Part shown: in pieces, positions 47,601 through 57,100 of the stretch | How the letters are laid out: each line of letters opens with the position of its first letter | Position numbering within the stretch: the stretch's first letter is position 1 | NCBI GenBank assembly: GCA_964368875.1 | Contig: CAYJDG010000008.1 | Span: forward strand, 1-63,920 | Direction: 5' to 3' | From: an uncultured Pseudobdellovibrionaceae bacterium | Lineage (GTDB): Bacteria; Pseudomonadota; Alphaproteobacteria; Micavibrionales; Micavibrionaceae | DNA length: 63,920 nucleotides | Made by a program: the position numbers and the translations under genes | The notes under the pieces: generated by a model | Told to the model about the DNA's origin: nothing | Databases searched by the model: none | What the model saw: the letters and a program-made list of their open reading frames with translations, nothing else

Positions 47601-49880
47601 ATGACACCCCCGGGCGCGACACTTTTGACCTCAAGGCACACAACCCTGCGCAGCAGGATTGGCTGGCTGCGCTTTAAATTCGGTGCGTCATGGGATGGCC
47701 GTCTGGCCGTCCTGATGATCGTGCTGGCTTTGGTCAGTGGTATCGCAACCTATGCCGCGCTGAATTCCGCTTTGCCATTTGGAAACAGCGCCGACGTCGT
47801 CATCTGGCTGCTCAATATCGATCTGATCATTTTACTCGCTCTGTTTGCTCTGATCGCACGGCGCGTCATCATGCTGTTTACGATATGGCGGCGTGGAATC
47901 CCGGGGGCTCGGCTCCATCTGCGGCTGGTCTATATTTTCGGTCTGCTGGCGATGGCGCCTGCAGTGATCATGACTCTCTTCTCACTGTTCTTCTTTCACT
48001 ATGGTGTACAGACATGGTTTAGCGACCGCGTAAAGACCGCGGTCAATGAATCTCAGGCAGTTGCAGAAGCTTATCTCAAAGAACACCAGCAGGTTATCCG
48101 CGCCGATATTCTGGCCATGGCCAACGATCTTGATCGCCAGTCGACGCTTTATTACGCCAATCCAGAGTCGTTTCAACGCATGGTGCAGACCCAGTCCGTG
48201 ATCAGAAACCTCTCAGAAGTGGTTATTTTTGACAGCGCCGGGACCGTTCTATCGGAGGCGGGATTCAGCATCGGTTTTGATCAGGATGAAGTCCCTAAGG
48301 ACGCGATTGAGCAAGCCGATACGGGCGAAGTCGTTCTGCTGACGGATAGTGATGACGACCGGGTTCGGGCTCTCGTCAAAATGAGCAATTTTACCGACAC
48401 CTACCTGTTCGTAGGGCGTCTGGTTGAAGCCAACGTTCTTAGTCACCTGAGCGCAACCCGCGAAGCCGTGCAAAAATATGATGAGGTTGCCTCCCGCTAT
48501 GCCGGCATGCGGATTACCGTCACGATGATCTACATTATCGTCGCATTACTGCTGTTGCTGGCGGCGGTGTGGTTTGCGCTTGTCTTTGCACGCAGGCTGG
48601 CGACACCCATCAGCACACTAATTGAGGCCTCCGAGAAGGTGCGCGGCGGCGACCTGACTGCGCAGGTCTCAGAGGCCAGCGGGCTTGAAGAATTCGATTT
48701 TCTATCGCGCTCATTCAACCGCATGACTCGCCAGCTACGCGATCAGCAGGATGAACTTATCGATGCCAACCGCGAAATGGATCAACGCCGCAGGTTTACC
48801 GAAACAATTCTTGCCGGGGTTTCATCGGGCGTTCTGGGTGTCGATAGCAAGGGCAAGGTCAATCTGGCCAATAGTTCCTCAGGGGATATCCTGAAACGGC
48901 CCGCCTCGTCCCTGACCGGAGAGGATATTCGCGATATTTTCCCTGAAGCGCGGGCGTTTCTGGATGATGCCTACCAGCGTCCCAACCGGATTCACCAGAT
49001 CGAGATCGGGCATCTGCTGCCTGATAAAACACCGTGCACCTTGCTTTTGAGGATCGCAATTGAACTGATTGGCGACGTCGATCAGGGTGCGGTTATTACG
49101 TTTGATGATATTACCAATATGCAATTGGCGCAGCGGAATGCGGCATGGGGTGACGTGGCGCGGCGGATTGCACATGAAATCAAAAACCCGCTTACACCGA
49201 TTCAGCTTTCTGCCGAGCGTCTGAAACGCAAGTATCTGAATACATTGCCCGAGGCCGACCAGACGATCTTCAGCCAGTGTATCGATACGATCATCCGTCA
49301 CGTTGGTGATATCGGCACGATGGTCAAAGAGTTCTCAGATTTTGCGCGCATGCCGGAAGCCGTCATGCAGAAGGCCGATCTGCGCAACGTCCTGAATGAT
49401 GTCATTGCCCTTAACCGTGAAGCTCATCCCGGCGTGACGTTTCATCTTGAGGGAATGCTGAAGGGCACCGAGAAGGTTGTGACGTTCTGCGACGAGCAGC
49501 AAATCCGTCAGGCTTTCACCAATCTGCTGCAGAACGCGATCGACGCGACCAATGAGCGAATCCGCAAGGGTGGTGACGGTGCAGAACCGGGTCAAATCTC
49601 GATCCGTCTCTCGCGTCTGGACGACCGGGATATCATGATTACCCTCAACGATAACGGCATTGGATTGCCCAAAGGCCAGACCCCCGAAAGTTTGACAGAA
49701 CCCTATGTAACCTTTAAAGAAAAAGGGACCGGATTGGGCCTCGCAATCGTAAAAAAGATTATGGAGGACCACAAAGGTCGTATAGAATTCGGGGTAGGTC
49801 AGGATGTCGCCGGGTTGCCGGGATGGAACGATCTAGGCGGGGCAACTGTTTCCCTTATTATGCCGCAACGATTGATGTAA
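47601..49880 (+). CDS. ntrY: Sensor histidine kinase NtrY
   Basis: N-terminal TM block, HAMP, PAS, the H-box HEIKNPLTPIQLSAERL and an ATPase domain. ATG 47601 is preferred over the ORF-track TTG at 47532. Confidence 0.9.
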   Translation: MTPPGATLLTSRHTTLRSRIGWLRFKFGASWDGRLAVLMIVLALVSGIATYAALNSALPFGNSADVVIWLLNIDLIILLALFALIARRVIMLFTIWRRGIPGARLHLRLVYIFGLLAMAPAVIMTLFSLFFFHYGVQTWFSDRVKTAVNESQAVAEAYLKEHQQVIRADILAMANDLDRQSTLYYANPESFQRMVQTQSVIRNLSEVVIFDSAGTVLSEAGFSIGFDQDEVPKDAIEQADTGEVVLLTDSDDDRVRALVKMSNFTDTYLFVGRLVEANVLSHLSATREAVQKYDEVASRYAGMRITVTMIYIIVALLLLLAAVWFALVFARRLATPISTLIEASEKVRGGDLTAQVSEASGLEEFDFLSRSFNRMTRQLRDQQDELIDANREMDQRRRFTETILAGVSSGVLGVDSKGKVNLANSSSGDILKRPASSLTGEDIRDIFPEARAFLDDAYQRPNRIHQIEIGHLLPDKTPCTLLLRIAIELIGDVDQGAVITFDDITNMQLAQRNAAWGDVARRIAHEIKNPLTPIQLSAERLKRKYLNTLPEADQTIFSQCIDTIIRHVGDIGTMVKEFSDFARMPEAVMQKADLRNVLNDVIALNREAHPGVTFHLEGMLKGTEKVVTFCDEQQIRQAFTNLLQNAIDATNERIRKGGDGAEPGQISIRLSRLDDRDIMITLNDNGIGLPKGQTPESLTEPYVTFKEKGTGLGLAIVKKIMEDHKGRIEFGVGQDVAGLPGWNDLGGATVSLIMPQRLM

Positions 49881-49892
49881 CGCAGACTGAGT

Positions 49893-51338
49893 ATGCCAGC
49901 AGAAATTCTCATAGTAGATGATGAAACGGATATCCGGACTCTGATACAGGGCATTCTGGAAGACGAGGGTTATAAAACCCGTCAGGCAGAAAACGCGAAA
50001 CAGGTTTTCGATCATCTTCAATCCGCTCCGGTCAACCTCATCGTTCTCGACGTGTGGTTGCAAAACAGCGAGTTTGACGGTCTGGATATTCTTGAGCAGC
50101 TCAAGGCCAGCTACCCTCACATCCCGGTTCTGATGATCAGCGGTCATGGCACGATTGAGACTGCTGTGAAGGCCATCAAGCATGGTGCGTATGATTTTAT
50201 CGAGAAGCCATTCAAGACGGACCGTCTGTTGCTGATGATCGAGCGTGCGCTCGAAACGACGCGCCTGCGGCAGGAAAACGCGACTTTGCGCCAGCAAACC
50301 GAAGGCGCGAGCGTTCTGGTTGGCTCTTCAGGCCCGATGCAGGCGCTCACGCAGTTGCTGGATAAAGTCGCCCAGACAAATAGCCGCGTGCTGATCACCG
50401 GGGATGCCGGAACTGGCAAAGAAATCGCCGCCCGGTATATTCACAAACAATCGACGCGCTCCGACAAACCATTCATGGCCCTCAATTGCGCCATCCTCAA
50501 CCCAGACCGGATTGAGATCGAGCTGTTTGGGTCTGATATAGCCTCCTCAGGCGCGGCACCGCATATCGGTGTGCTCGAGCGCGCGGATGGTGGCACATTG
50601 CTTCTCGATGAAGTGGCCGATATGCCCCTTGAGACACAGGCAAAAATCTTGCGCGTCCTTCAGGACCAGAGCTTCACCCGCGTTGGCGGCCAGAACCAGA
50701 TCAAGGCCGATGTCCGTATCCTTGCGGCAAGCGGGTCTAACTTGTTGCAGGCCATCGATGAAGGCCGTTTTCGCGAAGATCTCTATTACCGCCTGAACGT
50801 CGTCCCAGTTCACGTGCCGTCGCTCAAGGAACGCAGTGACGATATTGGCGCGCTGATCGCCTATTTTATGGATCAGAACGCGGCGCAGGCTGGCCTTGAG
50901 AAGCGAAGTTTTTCTGATGGCGCTATGGCCGCCCTGCAATCTTATTCGTGGCCAGGTAACGTGCGTCAGTTGCGCAACCTTATCGAGTGGATGATGATCA
51001 TGGCGCCGGTCAATCAGGATACGCCGATCCAGCTTGAAGACCTGCCGCCTGAAATTTCGCAGATCGTTTCATCGGCTTTGAAAGCGGAGTGGGGCGAAGA
51101 CATGATTTCACTGCCCTTGCGCGAAGCCCGTGAAGTGTTCGAGCGTGAATATCTTCTGGCGCAGGTCAACCGCTTCGGTGGCAATATTTCCAAGACAGCC
51201 CAGTTTGTCGGTATGGAGCGTTCAGCGTTGCACCGCAAGCTTAAATCCCTCAATATCAATACCTCGGAACGCGATGACGGTAAGGAGGACCATGATGAGT
51301 CCTATGATGCCGCCAAGGTTCTTAAACGCGCTTCATGA
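49893..51338 (+). CDS. ntrX: Response regulator NtrX (receiver, AAA+, HTH)
   Basis: Receiver (ILIVDDE...DVWL), Walker A GDAGTGKE and a C-terminal Fis-type HTH. Confidence 0.9.
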   Translation: MPAEILIVDDETDIRTLIQGILEDEGYKTRQAENAKQVFDHLQSAPVNLIVLDVWLQNSEFDGLDILEQLKASYPHIPVLMISGHGTIETAVKAIKHGAYDFIEKPFKTDRLLLMIERALETTRLRQENATLRQQTEGASVLVGSSGPMQALTQLLDKVAQTNSRVLITGDAGTGKEIAARYIHKQSTRSDKPFMALNCAILNPDRIEIELFGSDIASSGAAPHIGVLERADGGTLLLDEVADMPLETQAKILRVLQDQSFTRVGGQNQIKADVRILAASGSNLLQAIDEGRFREDLYYRLNVVPVHVPSLKERSDDIGALIAYFMDQNAAQAGLEKRSFSDGAMAALQSYSWPGNVRQLRNLIEWMMIMAPVNQDTPIQLEDLPPEISQIVSSALKAEWGEDMISLPLREAREVFEREYLLAQVNRFGGNISKTAQFVGMERSALHRKLKSLNINTSERDDGKEDHDESYDAAKVLKRAS

Positions 51339-51988
51339 GCAAACCCGCCGCCGTTGTCTTTGATTGGGACGGAACTCTGATCGACGGGTTCGAAAGCATC
51401 ATTGGCGGGTATAACGCCGCCCTCACAGCATTTGATCTGCCGCCTTTATCTCCAGCCGAAGCACAGCTGCGCATACGCCGCTCCTTACGCGAAGTCTTCC
51501 CGGAAATTTTTGGTGACAACGCCCATCAGGCTCAGAAAATTTATCTGGATTATGTGCGGACCAATCACCTTGAGTTAATACGCCCGCTTGCGCATTCGCG
51601 CGAACTTCTCGAGTTTCTGGTGCGGTCACAAATTCCGGCTGCGATTGTCAGTAACAAGACGCATGATATTCTGGAGAAGGAAATCATGCATCTGGGCTGG
51701 GGCCATTTGTTCCAGACATGGATCGGGGCAGGGGTAACGCCGCAGGATAAGCCTGCTCCCGACCAGTTGTTCTGGGTCTCGGACAAGCTGGGACTGACCG
51801 GACATGAAAATACATTATGGTATATTGGTGATACGGAAACTGATATGCAGGCAGCCCATGCGGCGACCTATTATCCTGTGTTTATTCAGCATGGTTTGGG
51901 CAAAGACGGGGAACGTTTTCCATACCCTCCAGCGTTGGTTCTTCCCGACTGCGAAAGCCTTATTTTCGCCATAAAATCGCTGTTTTAA
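51335..51988 (+). CDS. HAD-superfamily hydrolase (phosphoglycolate phosphatase-like)
   Basis: VVFDWDGTL motif I, SNK motif, GDTETD motif. The start overlaps the ntrX stop. Confidence 0.8.
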   Translation: MSKPAAVVFDWDGTLIDGFESIIGGYNAALTAFDLPPLSPAEAQLRIRRSLREVFPEIFGDNAHQAQKIYLDYVRTNHLELIRPLAHSRELLEFLVRSQIPAAIVSNKTHDILEKEIMHLGWGHLFQTWIGAGVTPQDKPAPDQLFWVSDKLGLTGHENTLWYIGDTETDMQAAHAATYYPVFIQHGLGKDGERFPYPPALVLPDCESLIFAIKSLF

Positions 51989-52076
51989 CCCCTTGCGGGG
52001 CTATACCAAGTCCTTTATGGTCCGGCCTATTAATAACAAAAACTAACTATAGAAGTTAGGACCCTAGGGCAAAATT

Positions 52077-52337
52077 ATGGCTGAAAAAAATCAGAATATT
52101 CAGGACGTCTTTCTGAACCGGATCCGCAAGGACAAGCACACGGTTACCGTGTTTCTGGTCAACGGCGTTAAATTACAGGGAATTGTGACCTGGTTTGATA
52201 ATTTCTCATTGCTGCTCCGCCGCGATTCTCAGGTGCAGCTGGTTTATAAACACGCAATCTCCACCATCATGCCGACCGGCCCGCTTTCTCTGTATGAGGA
52301 AGAGCCACAAGATGAGGCTGCCCCGAAGGCTGAATAA
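52077..52337 (+). CDS. hfq: RNA chaperone Hfq
   Basis: [39 protein letters not shown], a Sm-like core. Confidence 0.97.
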   Translation: MAEKNQNIQDVFLNRIRKDKHTVTVFLVNGVKLQGIVTWFDNFSLLLRRDSQVQLVYKHAISTIMPTGPLSLYEEEPQDEAAPKAE

Positions 52338-52342
52338 CGCCT

Positions 52343-53644
52343 TTGTCCAGTTGCATCATTATCCATCCCGTTTTCAAGGTCCGTGTGGCCGGGCGGGAGC
52401 AACGCGACTTTGTCCGTGATCTCGATACCGAGCTGGGTGAGGCTGCAGGCCTTGCCGAAGCGATTGCGCTTGAGGTGCTCGACGTTCATGTGGCTCAGGT
52501 GCGCAAGATCGAGCCGGGCACGCTGATCGGTTCCGGCGCGCGGGAAGAAATCGCGGCCAAGATCGAAGTTCTCAAACCTGATGTCGTGATCGTCAATTTC
52601 AATCTGACGCCAGTTCAGCAGCGTAACCTCGAAAAAGAATTGAGCGCCAAGGTCATCGACCGTACGGGCCTGATCCTTGAAATCTTCGGTGAGCGGGCCC
52701 AGACCCGCGAAGGTAAAATTCAGGTTGAACTTGCAGCACTAACCTATCAGCGTTCCCGTCTCGTCAAATCATGGACCCACCTTGAGCGTCAGCGCGGCGG
52801 CACGGGCGGCACAGGCGGTCCGGGGGAAACCCAGCTGGAGATAGACCGCCGCTTAGTCGATGAAAAAATCGATAGCCTCAAGAAACAACTCAAACAGGTC
52901 AGCAAAAACCGTGATTTGCAGCGCGAAAGCCGCGAGCGGACCCCGTTCCCGATTGTCGCAATCGTTGGGTACACTAATGCTGGGAAATCGACGCTATTCA
53001 ACAAGCTGACCGGGGCCGAAGTGTTTGTGCAGGATCTGCGCTTCGCAACGCTTGACCCGACCATGCGCCGCCTCAAGCTGCCGGGCGGGCAGATGGTTAT
53101 TTTGTCGGATACGGTCGGGTTTATTTCAGAGCTGCCAACCCTGCTGGTTGCAGCATTCAAAGCCACGCTGGAACAGGTTCAGCATGCAGATGTCATTCTG
53201 CATGTGCGGGATATCGCTTCACCCGACAGTGATGCGCAGAAAGAAGACGTGATCACCGTTCTCAATGATCTGGGTATCGATATAAAAAGCGATCCGCGCA
53301 TTCTTGAAGTTCATAACAAAATCGACCTTGCAGCCGAGCGCGGCATTCACATGCACCGCGACCCGAGCATGTCCGGACGGCAGGTAGGCGTATCGGCAAA
53401 GACAGGCGAGGGGCTGGACGAGCTGTTACAGGGTATTCAGACCGTGCTCAATCAAAGCCGCACCTCGATTGAAATCACTTTGCCGTCATCTGAGGGTAAG
53501 GCGATTGCGTGGTTGCACAGCCATGTTGCTATCCTTGACCGTGCTGACGACGACCTAGGCAATGTGATTATGAAGGTCAGGATGGATCAGAGCGAGCAGG
53601 ATAAGTTTTCTCATCTGTTTCCAGCCATTAAACTTCTAGCCTGA
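52343..53644 (+). CDS. hflX: GTPase HflX
   Basis: GGTGGPGETQLE, G1 GYTNAGKSTLFN and DTVGF. The TTG start is uncertain. Confidence 0.92.
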   Translation: MSSCIIIHPVFKVRVAGREQRDFVRDLDTELGEAAGLAEAIALEVLDVHVAQVRKIEPGTLIGSGAREEIAAKIEVLKPDVVIVNFNLTPVQQRNLEKELSAKVIDRTGLILEIFGERAQTREGKIQVELAALTYQRSRLVKSWTHLERQRGGTGGTGGPGETQLEIDRRLVDEKIDSLKKQLKQVSKNRDLQRESRERTPFPIVAIVGYTNAGKSTLFNKLTGAEVFVQDLRFATLDPTMRRLKLPGGQMVILSDTVGFISELPTLLVAAFKATLEQVQHADVILHVRDIASPDSDAQKEDVITVLNDLGIDIKSDPRILEVHNKIDLAAERGIHMHRDPSMSGRQVGVSAKTGEGLDELLQGIQTVLNQSRTSIEITLPSSEGKAIAWLHSHVAILDRADDDLGNVIMKVRMDQSEQDKFSHLFPAIKLLA

Positions 53645-54109
53645 TCAATGCAGGTGAGGGGATGTCGCAATTTTATGCTGGGCAGAGAATAGGGCTGCAG
53701 GGTATTGAGGTTGCTCTGTAAGAACTGCATCAATGTCCGAGTTGGTAATTCCCAGTTCGATGGCGAGCGATGACATGCGCATATACATGTTCGGCGTCAG
53801 TCCACCTTTCATAAACATATATTCTTGAAAGGCTGATGTCAGAGCCGCTTCATCTTCTTTGCGCCCAGCCGGTAGTTTTTTGAAAATCGAGACAAGTCCG
53901 GCCCAGACTATTGTCGCAGGATCGCGTGCAGGCTCGGGAGTTTCAGTCTTTGGCTTTGTATCACTTGGACTGTTGCGGCGGCGGTTATATGTCGCGCTGT
54001 GGAAGCCGGGAACAGGCATGGACGCGCGAGTTGCCGTTTCCGAAGCAATTGTTGCTGTAGCAAATGCAGCCGACAGGGTGAGAACCCTTAGTTTTTCAAT
54101 GAAAGACAA
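53645..54109 (-). CDS. Hypothetical secreted protein
   Basis: 154 aa with signal-like N-terminus MSFIEKLRVLTLSAAFATATIA. Its stop abuts the hflX stop (TGATCA). No family recognised. Confidence 0.45.
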   Translation of the reverse strand: MSFIEKLRVLTLSAAFATATIASETATRASMPVPGFHSATYNRRRNSPSDTKPKTETPEPARDPATIVWAGLVSIFKKLPAGRKEDEAALTSAFQEYMFMKGGLTPNMYMRMSSLAIELGITNSDIDAVLTEQPQYPAALFSAQHKIATSPHLH

Positions 54110-54177
54110 AATTTTACCTCTGCTCGAAGAGTAGAGATGAGCGCCAAAATAGTCAATTAATATGGATAATATCGCCG

Positions 54178-55668
54178 TTACTTACGCTTTTTATAGCGTT
54201 GCTCCAGCAGTTCAAGCACAGCCCGAACCCCCATATCAGTGCCACCACGGGGGCGGCCCGGACGGCCGGCGACTTCCCATGCGGAGAGGTCGAGGTGAAT
54301 CCAGTTGGTTGTTTTGTCGATGAAACTTTCGAGGAACAAGGCGGCGGTGATGCCGCCCGCCTGATTGTTGCCGGCGTTGTTGATGTCGGCGACAGGCGAC
54401 ATGATGTCAGGCTTGTAAGGTTGATAGAGCGGCATTTGCCACATCGGGTCTTCGTTGCTCATGGCGATGCCCTGCAATTGCTGGGCGATGCCATCGTTAT
54501 TGGAGAAGATCGCCGGAATATCCATGCCGAGCGCAGTGCGGATATGTCCGGTCAGCGTGGCAAAATCAATCAGCAGATCGGGCTTTTCTTCGCATGCCCA
54601 GGTCAGACAGTCAGCGAGGATGAGGCGACCTTCGGCATCGGTGTTACCAATCTCGACGCTTAAACCCTTGCGCGACGGCAAGATATCCATCGGCCGGAAG
54701 GCCTGCGGCGAGACGGAATTCTCAACCGCCGGAATGATGACGCGAAGGCGGATCGGCAGTTTGAGTGATGTGACCAGCCACAGAACAGCCAGCACCATCG
54801 CCGCGCCGCCCATGTCTTTTTTCATGTTCAGCATGCCAGCGCTTGGCTTAATGTCGAGACCTCCGGTATCGAAACAGACACCTTTGCCGACGAGAGTGAC
54901 TTTCGGGTCAGTGGCTTTGCCCCATGTGATATCGATCACGCGCGGGCGACGCAGGCTGCTGTCACCGACGCCGTAGACGAGCGGGAAATTCTGGGTGAGG
55001 AGCTGTTTGTCCTCGATGATCTTGATCGTTGCCTGTTTGGCTGTGGCAATTGTTTTGGCCGCAGCAGCAAGTTCTTCCGGGCCCATCGCATTGGCGGGCA
55101 GGTTGACGAGATTACGCGCCAGTGTGGCGGCCTGAACCTGCGCATCGATGCGTGTTTTGTCGGCACCTTTTGGAACAACCAGCAGAGGCGTGACTTTTTT
55201 CGAGGTTTTGTACGCATCGAACTGGTGACAAGCGAGCGCCCAGCCCGTGCAGGCAAGCGTTAAATCGCGCACTGACAACTCATTGGGTGCTGCAAACGTA
55301 AACGCCATTTTGGCGAGCAGGTCGCCCGGCACGGATTTCTGCAGGGTATCGACGAGTTGGGCGAAGGTGTACAGGCTAAAAAGCAGGCCGCTACCGACAT
55401 AAACTTCTTCCAGCGAGCCATCGGTTCCGGGGATCAGCGCAACGGTGCCGACATTGGCTGTCCAGCCTTGCGCGGTGATGACGTTTTGCAACGCTTTGGG
55501 CTGTTTTTTTATCCAGCTGCTGAACGCATCGGTTTTCACCACGTGTACAGAGATCGCCTTTGCGCCTTTCGGTACAGAGGTTTTCAGGACATCGGGATAA
55601 GACAGAAACGAATAGGCGGGAGGCTGTTTCGATTTCGATTTGGTCGGGCGTGGCTTCGCAGCAGGCAT
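54178..55668 (-). CDS. M17 family leucyl aminopeptidase
   Basis: NTDAEGRLILAD signature, VGKGVCFDTGG and MKKDMGGAA. Confidence 0.9.
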   Translation of the reverse strand: MPAAKPRPTKSKSKQPPAYSFLSYPDVLKTSVPKGAKAISVHVVKTDAFSSWIKKQPKALQNVITAQGWTANVGTVALIPGTDGSLEEVYVGSGLLFSLYTFAQLVDTLQKSVPGDLLAKMAFTFAAPNELSVRDLTLACTGWALACHQFDAYKTSKKVTPLLVVPKGADKTRIDAQVQAATLARNLVNLPANAMGPEELAAAAKTIATAKQATIKIIEDKQLLTQNFPLVYGVGDSSLRRPRVIDITWGKATDPKVTLVGKGVCFDTGGLDIKPSAGMLNMKKDMGGAAMVLAVLWLVTSLKLPIRLRVIIPAVENSVSPQAFRPMDILPSRKGLSVEIGNTDAEGRLILADCLTWACEEKPDLLIDFATLTGHIRTALGMDIPAIFSNNDGIAQQLQGIAMSNEDPMWQMPLYQPYKPDIMSPVADINNAGNNQAGGITAALFLESFIDKTTNWIHLDLSAWEVAGRPGRPRGGTDMGVRAVLELLEQRYKKRK

Positions 55669-55719
55669 AAAAAAGCTCCAATACTCTGGTATCCAGAAGG
55701 ATAGAGATATTGGAGCTTT
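55669..55719 (-). terminator. Intrinsic terminator downstream of cspA (12-bp stem, large loop)
   Basis: AAAGCTCCAATA (55672-55683) pairs perfectly with TATTGGAGCTTT (55708-55719). On the minus strand it is followed by a T-run. Confidence 0.55.
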
Positions 55720-55753
55720 AATCCAAGTCTATTAAAGAAGGTGGTGCTAGAGA

Positions 55754-55960
55754 CTAGCCAACGACCTTGATGTTGACTGCGGCAGTTTTGCCCTTGTCGT
55801 TTTGGAGTTCGTATTCAACTTTCTGACCTTCAGTCAGAGTGCGGAGGCCTGAGCGCTCGACAGCTGAAATGTGAACGAAAATATCTTTGCCGCCATCGTC
55901 AGAAACGATAAAGCCGTAGCCTTTTTGGGTATTGAACCATTTGACTGTACCAGTCGCCAT
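55754..55960 (-). CDS. cspA: Cold shock protein (CspA family)
   Basis: [18 protein letters not shown] (RNP1) and VFVHISA (RNP2). AAGGA SD upstream of ATG 55960. Confidence 0.95.
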   Translation of the reverse strand: MATGTVKWFNTQKGYGFIVSDDGGKDIFVHISAVERSGLRTLTEGQKVEYELQNDKGKTAAVNIKVVG

Positions 55961-56122
55961 GTTAGTCATCCTTTAGTTAGTCGTTAGTTAGAAAAAAATA
56001 GCCCCACGATGTTTCCGACAAAAAGTCTCATCATCCCAGAAACCGAACAAGGTAAGGTTTTAGCATAATGCCAAATCTCGGCCAAGCAGAAATGCGATAG
56101 ATTTTATGGTAAAAATGTACGA

Positions 56123-57010
56123 TTAGGCTGGCATCGGCATCTTTTGTGCTGCCGCAGGCGGAGAAGATGCAGGCGGATCAAACCAGTGATATTCATCCTG
56201 CAAGTCGAGCTCGTTGATGAAAGCGGCAAAAGTTTTAGCGGCCATATCAGGCGCGACTTTACCGGGTTTAACCGTATCAGGATCAACGAAAACGGGTGTT
56301 CCCTCGTGCTTCAGGCCCATATCTCGTGCTGATGTCAGATTAAATCCTGCGGTTCTCATCACTGTGAGCAGGTCGAGCAAACAGCTTTCAAACCTCTCAT
56401 CCATGAAATCTGGCAAAGGTGCATAAACTTCCCCATGTGCTGTTACTACAGTGTATGCACCGAAACGCATAGTGTTGTGGCCCGGAAGCGGTTCCCAGCC
56501 GAGTAACTGGCGATTAGGAAGAACCGGTACATAAGGGAGAATTTCTGTACTCGCTCCATCCCACAATTCGAGACGTGCTTCGGCAGGCAGAACAATCGGC
56601 GCTTTTATGCGCGTATGTATGTCGGCACCGCCAACAGTTGGGACGCGCACGACTGAGGGGATTTCATCGCCCTGACGCCATCCTAATAGAGTTCCGCAGC
56701 TGCGGCCCTCGGCAAAACGCGCCACATGCGTGATGCCATGATCGCCTATGAATTCACTGAAAGCACGCGTTTTACCAATATCCTGAAGCGCACGGCTTAT
56801 TTGATAGGAGTCTGACAGGAAAAAGCCCCGGCCATCCACGGCGATGCGCGGTAATCTTGATGGAATAAGCGCTGAGTGCGGCTGCTCGCTTGAAAGAATA
56901 CAGGCACAGTCGAGGTTCGGCGTACCATCGGAATGGTAAAGCTCATCCGCAATAATCTCAAAAGCGCCCTTTAGAAACTTCAGGCGACCAGCAAGTTGGT
57001 TGTTATCCAT
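56123..57010 (-). CDS. Hypothetical protein (orphan)
   Basis: 295 aa with a Pro-rich C-terminal tail. No SD. The candidate promoter ends 5 nt before the ATG. Confidence 0.55.
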   Translation of the reverse strand: MDNNQLAGRLKFLKGAFEIIADELYHSDGTPNLDCACILSSEQPHSALIPSRLPRIAVDGRGFFLSDSYQISRALQDIGKTRAFSEFIGDHGITHVARFAEGRSCGTLLGWRQGDEIPSVVRVPTVGGADIHTRIKAPIVLPAEARLELWDGASTEILPYVPVLPNRQLLGWEPLPGHNTMRFGAYTVVTAHGEVYAPLPDFMDERFESCLLDLLTVMRTAGFNLTSARDMGLKHEGTPVFVDPDTVKPGKVAPDMAAKTFAAFINELDLQDEYHWFDPPASSPPAAAQKMPMPA

Positions 57011-57015
57011 AAGCC

Positions 57016-57044
57016 ATTACTACCGACGAGCCAGGATTTGTCTA
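57016..57044 (-). promoter_or_regulatory. Sigma70-like promoter candidate, possibly leaderless, for the orphan gene 56123-57010
   Basis: Minus strand reads TAGACA-N17-AGTAAT-GGCTT-ATG, immediately after the carD terminator. Confidence 0.35.
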
Positions 57045-57077
57045 TAAAAAAGCGGGCACCTTATTAAGGTGCCCGCT
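57044..57077 (-). terminator. Rho-independent terminator of carD
   Basis: Minus strand reads AGCGGGCACC-TTAATAA-GGTGCCCGCT-TTTTTAT. Confidence 0.85.
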
Positions 57078-57100
57078 TTGAACAGGAGAAATTCCTTTAA

